A model generated the notes under the pieces. That model was not told where the DNA came from. It did no database searches and worked only from the letters and a program-made list of their open reading frames with translations. A stretch of DNA of 64,000 nucleotides from Massalongia carnosa (Eukaryota): NCBI GenBank assembly GCA_965645245.1, contig OZ287080.1:1-64000 (forward strand), written 5' to 3'. This document shows positions 54,120 to 64,000 of the stretch, in pieces. Numbering within the stretch: position 1 is the stretch's first letter; each line of letters starts with the position of its first letter. A program made the translations under genes and the position numbers.

Positions 54120-57100
54120 TGTTAAATATATAAGGGTCAAACGGCATAATCAGGGAATTGGGTAGATGTTGATTGTATTGTGGAGGATGTGGAAAAGTGG
54201 GAATCTATCTAAGGGGGGAGGCCACGTGTCTAGTCGGGCCGGAATAACCCTTCGGATATATCATCCTGAGTTACCACTGATGTTTAGGATTAGTTATCCT
54301 ATAATTTGACACACCCCCTCGGATCTAGAAACACCGTTTATAGATCTGGAATCAGTCCAGTATAATCCCTTATATTCCTCATCTTGATGCTTTGTCCTCC
54401 GAAACATGCCACCTGAACGCCCGATTGTGAATGCATTAGACGATTTTTCAAACTTTCCATCTTTCGTATCGAGTCCAATCTTTCCGATATGTTCACCAAT
54501 CCTATCAATCTTATGAATCCCTCGTGCTTCTGCCTTGATAAGGCCTTCGTCAATCCGTCCGCCGGCATCTTAGCTGTGGCCAACCATCTTATCGACACCC
54601 TACCGGCCTGATATTCCTGTCTCAACCGGTGATTATGTATGTCCACATGGCGAAGCCGAGTTTGAAGCTTCATATCTTCACTAGTTATCAAGTTGATAGT
54701 CTGTTTGTTGTCGCAGTCGATGATCACCGGTCCCTCCAGTCTCACCTTGATGGCCTTTAACAGTCGTCTTAGATACATTGCTTCTTTGGTGGTGTCCGAC
54801 AAGGCCAGCAATTCGGCCTCAGTGCTCGATGTGGTCATCGTCGCCTGTTTGCTTGCTTCCCATGCAACCGGTCCTCCGAACAGCGTCATTATATATCCTT
54901 GAGAACTTTTCCTATCCTTGTTGTCCGCGAAGGACGCGTCGCTAGCACATAGGAACCCTTGTATCCCTTCCTCTTGTTTCCTTCATATTGAATCGCAAGG
55001 GTTTTGGTGGCGTATAGGTATTCTAGGACTCGCATCGCTGCCTGGTGATGTTCATCGGAAGGATTTATGGAGAATTGGGATAGTTTGGACACCGTGAATG
55101 CGAAATCTGGTCTGGTGGTTATGGCTGCGAATAGGGCTGTTCCTATCCTTTGTTGATAAAAGTGAATGGACCGATGGGAAGCTTGGTTTTCTGAGAGTGT
55201 ATATTGAGTTGATATCATAGGAGTATCTGGTAGTTTCTTATCTAGTTGAACATCGAATTTATTAGCCATCTTATCAATATAGGCCTCTTGGGATAGCCAT
55301 AGAAGTCGTTTAGACCTATCTCTTATGACTCTGATTCCTAAGAACCATTCGATTTCACCCAGTGATTTCATGGTGTATATTGAACATAAATGCTCGATGG
55401 CTTTCAAGGCCTGACCCTCGATCGATTTGTGGTAACAAAATACCGTGTCATCCACATAATAGAATGCTAGGATTCCGCCTCTCATCATTATACATGATTC
55501 TTGAGGTATGGCCCTAAATTCCATGGATTGAAATGTTTTTGACAGATGCTTCTGCCATAGATATGGTGACCGTCTCAGGCCGTAGAGTGCTTTTCTCAGT
55601 CTTAACACATATTTTTGTTTTAGACCATATCTCTGATTTAACCTCTTCCACCTTTGAGCTTTACTGTCCGGGACTATACCGATTCAAGGTGATCAGTCCT
55701 TGTCGACTAGTTCTCCCGAATGGTTTCTCACCTAGACTGGCCGCGTTTTATCTTGGGTGTGAAGGCCTTCCTTTTACGGAAGTCATCATTTCACCAGGGT
55801 TCGCCGCTGTTTGGTCTTCTGATAGAGTCGTCCTCTTTTCAGTGCCCGCCCGCTCGACGGCGAATGCGAATGCCTCCCTGTGAATGGATAATATGGTGGA
55901 ATACGTATGTATACCACCTCTTCCAGCGGACAGTTGACAAATGCATTTACTGCATCGAGTTGTCTAGTTTCTAGCTCATACTTCGCAACTAACGCCATCA
56001 TGGACTTGAACGCTGAGCTGGCCAAAGTGGTCGCTCGTGTTGGTAGTTTCCCAACCTCTTGTTGATTCCCACATACTACTAATCTAGCTTTGCATTTTAC
56101 CAAATAGCCATCACTGTCTGTCTTGTAGGTGAAAACCCACATGCAGTCCAGCACTTGATTTCTTATGGTATGCTTGCTTTCGACTAGTTCAAAACGTCTC
56201 CATCTTCTCATGCTCACCGAGATGTTCTCTGATGGCATCGATGAAGTGAGACTCGAACATGTGACCCTCCAGGTCACGTATGGTTTTGGGAGGTGGGGGT
56301 AGATTCAACTTATGGAACTTAATGAACAACCGACCAGCGATTTTCCTTTTCCCTAGAGTGTAGTCATCTGGTTTCCCTTCTGGGAATATAAACCAACAGT
56401 TCTCGAGATTATGGCCTGGTCTTTCACACGCAGGGCATATCTTATCGTGCCTTTTCCCTCCACGGTGAGATTGTCCAGTTGTATTTGCCCTCTTTCTCTT
56501 AGTGGCTGTATTGGCTACTTCTTCTAGTAGGCCATCTTCGTCTTCGTCGTCCACTAACGTCTGGAACGCGGCTCCCCGGACCGTCTGCTTCACTCCATCT
56601 CTCAAGTATTCTCGGATTTCTCGTAGGACTTCTGGATATTGCGATATGTCATTTCTTGCGGCGTCGTTGCCTCTGGATCGAAGTGCATAGGATAGTTCTG
56701 GTGCGTGTGGTTTCATCCACGACGACATATTTCCAAGCCATATTGCGTGCTTGAACTCCGACAAATCGTGTTGTCGGGCCTTGGCTACTACCTTCTCCCA
56801 CTTATCCAACCAGTCTAGTGGTTTCGCCTTCATCCTAAGCAACTTATCATATTTCTCTTTCGCCAACGCCATGGAATGTCCCGTCGGAGGTGCCATAAGG
56901 TTTCGTAAGATAATGAGACACTCCTTTACTGACATACTCGCTTTCAGGCTCGTTTGGTTTGTGATCTGAACTGTTTCTACCATGTGTTTTCTTATCGTCG
57001 TCAACGAGGTTTCTTGTCTTATATAGTCTTTCTGATCCGATTCGTAATGTTTTCTTGCATTATCGAACATTCGCTGATTTGCGGCTGAGAGTTTTGTGTA

Positions 57101-57568
57101 TAGTGTCTCTCCTTGTACTATGTCTGCTACTACCGGCTTGTAGTGAGCTGCCGCAGGAAGAACAGTAGGTTGGTCTGGATTTGCCATATTCCAAAACTCG
57201 TTAGCTGATATCGTTTTCAATTCATCATACCACGTCTCTCAATCCTCTGATGTCTCGAGGATTGTCCTCATCGTTTTGGATTCTGCTGCCATTTTCGCGA
57301 TTGCTGTCTCGTTGAATTTAAGAATCTAATGCTCTTGACGATTTGCGGTGTCTTTACGACTATCCGGGCTCATTACTGTCAAATATATAAGGGTCAAAAG
57401 GCATGATTAGGGAATTGGGTAGATGTTGCTTGTATTGTGGAGGATGTGGAAAAGTGGTAATCTATCTAAGGGGGGAGGCCACGTGTCTAGTCGGGCCGGA
57501 ATAACCCTTCGGATATATCATCCTAAGTTACCACTGATGTTTAGGTTTAGTTATCCTATAATTTGACA
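54120..57568 (-). mobile_element. Internally deleted Ty1/copia element; 192-bp LTRs (54120-54311, 57377-57568)
   Basis: Matching LTRs; PBS-like GTAATGAGCCC; PPT GAGGGGGTG; gag with CPACERPGH fused to the RT start; CKARLVVCG, LDAVNAF, ALYGL, YVDD, SSTEAE and ADGLTK; no protease or integrase. Confidence 0.92.
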
Positions 57569-58587
57569 GATTTTGCCTTATTCAGGAATCATTCCACGGC
57601 TATACGATATTCCCTGGTTGTCTCGTAAAATTCAACCGTCGTCTTAGCAGCCCTATGCTGCATTACCCAGTTTTCACAGAAATTGGGCGCCCATTTCTTC
57701 CCTGATTGGAGATATTCATTGATGAATATGGTCTCGGAGCCAAATAGGCCTGTTACATTGAGCTCAATAATTTGTCCCTTAATATTCTCCCAATCAGCTA
57801 CCCATGCCTCTATTTTATCTTTAATGGGCGGGGTTTTTAGGGCTAGAAATTGCTCATGCAATTGCTCTTTGACTTGGTCATCTGACCGCTTATATCTTGC
57901 AGCCAGAATTTTCACTATTTCCCTAACCGATAAAGCCATCTTATTGGGGGGGATCTATGCTCGTGTGGAGCTCTTTAGTGCATTGTCCACTATTCTGAGT
58001 CCTTGGGCGACCTTCTCCACCTGTTTTTCCTTTATCTTATAGGCTGATATCTCTATTTTATAGTCCTCCTTTTGCTCAGCCGATAAATCGCCGTATTTCT
58101 CAGCCGATTTGGTGGCTATTACAAATCCACCTTCTATATTGGGGTAAGCAATTCCCCCTGCTGGCTGTGCTTGAATAGGGACTTGATATTGTGAAACTTC
58201 CGGATATTCTCCCCCTTCGGGCTCCGGTTTTGAACTATTGGGGTCCACATATTGCCATACCTTCGCTTTCTCGGATATTCCTTGTAATTCCCTAATCCAT
58301 AGATAATAATTCTTGAGAGTTAGGGCGAGCATCGTTGCTTTGTTGGTCTCCTCCATTTTGATCGTTTTGTTGGATCGTTTTGGGAAGAGGGTTTTATTCA
58401 ACTAGATCAATGAGAAGGAATTTGAAGCTTCTATGCTCACCGGGCTCATAAATATCAAGCTGTATGGGCTAATGTGGATTATGGGTGAAAAGGAGTGGTA
58501 TGTATCGATCTATGGGAGGTCTAGGCTAGCTAACTGAGGGATATCTCATAGGGGTTCGTGGGTCATGTGACCTCCAAGCGCCTGACA
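57569..58587 (-). mobile_element. Second copia remnant: short 5' LTR (about 58453-58587) and truncated gag
   Basis: TATGAGCCC PBS-like site next to a T(A)TCA...TGACA LTR; ORFs 57955-58401 and 57589-57939 resemble fungal copia gag. Confidence 0.7.
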
Positions 58588-58949
58588 AGATAGCATATGA
58601 ATTTGTGATACTCTTTATGGTAGTTCGACGTCAACGAAATAAATGTTTTATCTATAATTGTTAAATTATCCTCCTACCCCTTTGCGGGTGTAGCGCAGCC
58701 CTGTGAGCCTTGGCGCGCTAGGCAGTATATAATAGCATGTAGACAGATCTCAACAGAACACACCTTTATACAGTCTTCTCTCCACCCTACCTGATATACA
58801 ATTTAACTATAATCTACATTTTACTTTGTGATAGTCATTAAAATAAATCTAAAATGATTGAAAATCCTAACTCATGTGATAAATATTGCATTCGTGTTTT
58901 GTGGTAGTCATGCTAGTAGTCATCATTTACACTCGCAGATTTTTTCTAT

Positions 58950-59024
58950 GGGTACTGATATATGGATACCCTATCCGCTACCTAGAGTCTAGGTAGCGGA
59001 TGGGGTGTCCATATATCAGTACCC
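58950..59024. repeat. 75-bp near-perfect palindrome (37-bp arms, 1-nt spacer, 2 mismatches)
   Basis: GGGTACTGATATATGGATACCCTATCCGCTACCTAGA-G-TCTAGGTAGCGGATGGGGTGTCCATATATCAGTACCC. Confidence 0.92.
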
Positions 59025-59671
59025 TTTTCTGTTGGGTAACCCAACGATAACCCAACCCAACCCAAAACCCATTGGGTTGGGTTCTCATTTAATAACCCAA
59101 CCCAACCCATTCCGCGGCGTATATGTCACTGGCCGAAGGCCGGCCCATACGGGCGTGGTTCTATATGACTATTGTACATAGGAAAACCTTTTAAGGAATA
59201 AAAACCTAGTAACCAGTATCCCTCGTGGTGGTAAAACATTGATAGAAAACATTACCCAACGTTATATAAGTATACAACCGTAACCATTAGGTAACGTTAT
59301 GCAGATATAATGGTGTAGGCTAGAAGAAAGAGACAGTTAAGAAGATGGCGAAGGGGATGAAGTTTAAAATGGAAAATATGGTGCAATTAGTCAATTGGGT
59401 TGTGTTCTTCCTTGTATTTATAGAGTACAAAGACTGGGCACTAATTGAAATTCATACGTTGCTTAAGTAATAGTGCCGGGAGAGGGGCCACGCCATACTA
59501 ATTTGGGTGTGGCTATCATGTCAGCTCAGCCCTGCAGGGGACCATCGCGAGGCGAGTTGCCGCTCTCTGTTCAGCGCTTCACTGCTGAACCGACCCTCGC
59601 CGGCCCTCTATCGATCCGCCGCTCAAAGACGCTTGGTGACAGCTGCGCTCGATGATTAGCCCTTAAACTGG

Positions 59672-62600
59672 ATGGCCACGAAGAAGGGCACCGTTTTCCG
59701 CGTCACCGGTCTCGCAGCCTCGCAGTCTGACGACGAACTGAAAATAACGCTGAGGGATGCCATCAACAACAAGCTGTCGGAAGAAGAACACTCGAAGCTA
59801 GATATAAGTGCAGCTATTGTACCCTCTTGCTACGAAAATGAGCAGGAAAGGGTCGCGCTGGTGGAGTTCCACGGCGGGGTGCCTAGATTCCTGTCCGAGC
59901 TGACAGCCAACCCGCTGGGAGACTGGCAGGTTGAGATGGCGGACACGGACATTAGCTTTGACTGCCACTTCTTCGGATTCACTCAACTGTACGCGCCAAA
60001 GTCAGATGCGCCGGTTGCCGCAGAGTACGTAGCACTTATCTGAATGTGTAGCCTGTGTCCGTTATTCCTGACTACTTTCTTACTGCTCACTGCTAATCTA
60101 CCACGTCTCAGTATAATTGCAATCACTGGCCTTGACGGACACGCATACGGGTCATGGAGGGGAAAGGGAAACCTCGGGCGAATGTGGCTGCACCACTTCC
60201 TGTCCAAGGACCTGCCATGCTGCCGCACGATGATCTATGGCTACAACTCCAAGCTGTCAAGCCATGGGATCGACACAATTATGGACTACGGCCGGGAGCT
60301 GGAAGAAGAGCTCAAGAAGGTGCGGAACACTGAAGAGGTAAGCGGCTGTTACAATGTACCATCGCGAGCGGAAGCATGAAGCTGATGGCTGCGATGCGCT
60401 AGCTGAGACAGCGGCCGCTCTTCTTTATCGCGCACAGCTTTGGTGGTATTATACTTGCTCACGTAGGTCGTCTGCTGTGACAGCTATATGCCTAAGGCTA
60501 AGCAGCAGCATAGTGCCTTGTCAAGGCGGTTCAGGCCAACGAAGATGATCATCCAACGATAGCAACCCTCTACAGAGCTACGTACGGCATGCTTCTGTTT
60601 GGGATTCCACACAAGGGGCTCGTGGTAGATGATATCCAGAAGATGCTGGCTGGGCAGGACAATCACCCGCGAAGTGCACTACTTCAGCAGATCCGATCTA
60701 AGTCTGACTCGCTAGCGTTTCAACTAGCAGATTTCAAGAATCTCATCCGAGACCGGAAGGTGGTAAGCTTCTACGAGACGGGGCAGACTAGGCAGCTTGA
60801 GTTTGTATGATCCTCTAGGATAAGATTATAGGAGACCACTGATATTTTGGCAACAGGACCGCGAAAGCAAATGCTGGAGAAGGACTGGCGACTTCATCAC
60901 GACAGTAGATATCGACTCGGCCCTTCTTCAGCTGCCAGATTCCATGGAGGAAAAGATCCCTCTAGACTCCGATCACTCGATGATTGTCAAGTTTGATAAC
61001 AGGAATAATCGAGGGTATACCAGTGCGCGGGACAAGCTTAAACAGTTTGAGCAGGATGCACCGAGTGTGGTTGCGGCTCGTTTTTGTACGTAGCCTTCTA
61101 TTCTATGCTAGATCACATCAAGATTAGTTTTTGTTTAACCGTCCTTATGCTTGGTTCTGGGTAATAACGGCCGAGTTCTAGTGCGAGCGCAAAACAGACC
61201 CAAGCCTTGTTCCACGGTCCCCTTCCAGAGAGATAGCGCGTTCGTGGGCCGAGAGGGCATTCTTGCAACAATAAGCAAGAAGCTTGAACAAGCAGCCTTG
61301 CCTGATCACGGTCGAGTGGCCCTGAGCGGTCTAGGAGGCGTAGGGTATGCATTTCCATACATTGTGCTGTGAGAGGTAATGCTCATGTTCGTACTAGGAA
61401 GTCCCAGATCGCTATCGAGTATGCGTACAGAGTCAGAGAGTCGACTCCGCAAACCTGGGTGTTTTGGGTGCATGCGAGCAACGCCAACAGATTTGAGCAA
61501 GCTTATAGAGACATCGCTACCAAGGTCGAACTCCCCAGCCGCGATGAAGCAAAGGCTGATATCCTCCAACTCGTATATGACTGGCTCGGCGATGAGAGAA
61601 ACGGCCGATGGCTTATGGTAATCGACAATGCCGACGACGATGAGGTTTTCTTTGCCGCCGACGAAGATAACGTCGGTATTGCGGAGAAGAGCGCCATCCC
61701 CAGCCACACCAGGCCGCTTGAAAGCTTCATCCCTCAAACGCCGAACGGAACGATTCTCATCACCTCGAGGAACGAAACTGCGGCACAAAATCTCGTTGAG
61801 CCGCATGGCAGAGTTGTCAAGGTGGAGCCAATGGATGAAGAGGACGCTCTAGCGCTGCTCAACACACGGCTACCATTTAGCGAGTCTAGTAGAGTGGATG
61901 CGAAGGCGCTTGTCCGGGCTCTAGAACGCATACCTCTTGCAATTACACACGCTGCGGCGTACATCAAGACAAGAGCATCCACGACAACCATGTCCGATTA
62001 CCTTGAGCTGTTCCGTGAGAGCGAGGCCAATCAGGTGCGTCTCCTAGGCAAGAACGTTCTAAAGGACCTTCGGCGAGACTACAGCATACGGCATGCGGTT
62101 ATCGCGACGTGGCAGATCTCGTTCACTCAGATCCAGAAGACGGAGCAGCCAGCTGCAGATTTGCTTGCATTGATGAGCATGTTCGATAGGCAGGGAATTC
62201 CAATAGCCCTTCTGCGGAACAGCACCAGTCGACTCGACTTTGACGACGCTCTGGCGCCGTTGCTAAGCTTCTCCCTTGTGCGGGCCGAGATCGGAAAGCA
62301 GTCATTTGAGATGCACCGTCTAGTGCAGCTATCCATGAGAAAGTGGCTCGAGGCGGCCAAGCAGCTAAGCAAATGGACAAAGGAGTCGATAAGAGTTCTA
62401 GCCGCAGCATTCCCCAACGGAGACTATAAGACGTGGGCGGATTGTCAAGTACTCCTTCCCCACGCAAGAGAAGCTATTGGCCATGGAACAGAAGATGAGG
62501 TGGACGTGACAAATCAGGCACAGGTTGCTTCAAACTTAGGATGGTACTTACTCCTTAGAGGTGAGTACAGAACGGCGGAGAAAGTTGTTCGAATGTCAGT

Positions 62601-64000
62601 CGAAGCAAGAGAGAGGGTACTTGGGCCAGAGCACCCAGACACGCTCACCAGTGTCAGCCATCTTGGGTGGTTGTTTGAGAGCCAGGGCAAGTACGAAGAG
62701 GCGGAAGCGATGCACCGGCGAGCGTTGGAAGGAAGGGAGAAGGTACTTGGGCCAGAGCACCCAGACACGCTCACCAGTGTCAGCCAGCTTGGGTCGTTGT
62801 TTGAGAGCCAGGGCAAGTACGAAGAGGCGGAAGCGATGCACCGGCGAGCATTGGAAGGAAGGGAGAAGGTACTTGGGCCAGAGCACCCAGACACGCTCAC
62901 CAGTGTCAGCCAGCTTGGGTCGTTGTTTGAGAGCCAGGGCAAGTACGAAGAGACGGAAGCGATGCACCGGCGAGCATTGGAAGGATACGAGAAGGTACTT
63001 GGGCCAGAGCACCCAGACACGCTCACCAGTGTCAGCCAGCTTGGGTCGGTGTTGTCGAGCCAGGGCAAGTACGAAGAGGCGGAAGCGATGCACCGGCGAG
63101 CATTGGAAGGATTGGAGAAGGTACTTGGGCCAGAGCACCCAGACACGCTCACCAGTGTCAGCCAGCTTGGGTCGTTGTTTGAGAGCCAGGGCAAGTACGA
63201 AGAGGCGGAAGCGATGCACCGGCGAGCGTTGGAAGGAAGGGAGAAGGTACTTGGGCCAGAGCACCCAGACACGCTCACCAGTGTCAGCCAGCTTGGGTCG
63301 TTGTTCGAGAGCCAGGGCAAGTACGAAGAGACGGAAGCGATGCACCGGCGAGCATTGGAAGGAAGGGAGAAGGTACTTGGGCCAGAGCACCCAGACACGC
63401 TCACCAGTGTCAGCCAGCTTGGGTCGTTGTTTGAGAGCCAGGGCAAGTACGAAGAGACGGAAGCGATGCACCGGCGAGCATTGGAAGGATACGAGAAGGT
63501 ACTTGGGCCAGAGCACCCAGACACGCTCACCAGTGTCAGCCAGCTTGGGTCGGTGTTGTCGAGCCAGGGCAAGTACGAAGAGGCGGAAGCGATGCACCGG
63601 CGAGCATTGGAAGGATTGGAGAAGGTACTTGGGCCAGAGCACCCAGACACGCTCACCAGTGTCAGCCACCTTGGGTCGGTGTTGTCGAGCCGGGGCAAGT
63701 ACGAAGAGGCGGAAGCGATGCACCGGCGAGCATTGGAAGGATACGAGAAGGTACTTAGGCCAGAGCACCCACACACGCTCACCAGTGTCAGCCACCTTGG
63801 GTCGGCGTTGTCGAGGCAGGGCAAGTACGAAGAGGCGGAAGCGATGCACCGACTAGATTTGAAAGGATCTGAGAAGGTACTTGGACCAGAGCACCCAGAC
63901 ACGCTCACCAGTGTCAGCCAGCTTGGGTCGGTGTTGTCGAGCCAGGGCAAGTACGAAGAGGCGGAAGCGATGCACCGGCGAGCATTGGAAGGATACGAGA
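59672..64000 (+). CDS. Fungal NLR-like protein: alpha/beta-hydrolase (SesB/lipase-like), NB-ARC, TPR array; about 6 introns; 3' end outside window
   Basis: ITGLDGHAYGSW, MIYGYNS, FIAHSFGG and DHSMIVKF; FVGRE; P-loop GLGGVG|KS split by GT-AG intron 61345-61397; WLMVIDNADD, ILITSR, PLAI and MHRLVQ; last exon open to 64000. Confidence 0.92.
62611..63996 (+). repeat. Eleven 126-bp (42-aa) TPR units with very high internal identity
   Basis: Unit EKVLGPEHPDTLTSVSQLGSLFESQGKYEEAEAMHRRALEGR every 126 bp from 62611. Confidence 0.97.

Noticed and set aside
22334..58587. Strong repeat-induced point mutation (RIP)
   Set aside because: Some TG>TA changes exist (LTR ends at 47633 and 58453, Tc1 stops), but duplicated LTRs and several ORFs are nearly intact and transversions occur; not supportable without computation.
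62514..63950. Long repetitive ORFs 62514-63950 (-), 62561-63856 (+) and 62596-63849 (-)
   Set aside because: Alternative-frame shadows of the 126-bp TPR array; the true frame is the NLR exon, unlisted because it has no stop in the window.
62611..64000. Regular repeats as a CRISPR array
   Set aside because: Contiguous coding repeats without unique spacers, in a eukaryotic context with no cas genes.

Overview
Left end of a chromosome from a filamentous ascomycete-type fungus. A (CCCTAA)n telomere (1-169) is joined directly to the middle of a Ty3/gypsy integrase. About 59 kb of nested, mostly degenerate mobile DNA follows, then one apparently intact intron-containing NLR-like gene (alpha/beta-hydrolase, NB-ARC, 126-bp TPR repeats) that runs off the window. 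Recognisable elements: four Ty3/gypsy chromovirus-type elements (one intact, inserted into a solo LTR of its own family), six solo LTRs with target-site duplications (TSDs), three tyrosine-recombinase (DIRS/Ngaro-type) retrotransposons, two Tc1 DD34E copies, two Mutator-like remnants, a pogo/DDE_1 remnant, two copia remnants and two copies of a minisatellite-rich element. Most notable: (i) a degenerate telomere-linked RecQ helicase gene whose middle carries an R-K-R-H-Y tyrosine-recombinase-like motif set and which appears to be inserted inside another element; (ii) three copies of an unclassified element with a large AT-hook ORF and a shared terminus, each interrupting a different host sequence; (iii) a nested stack that one terminal break plus new telomere addition would explain, with a short TTAGGG patch at an internal junction. 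All calls come from reading the sequence by eye; no database searches were run.
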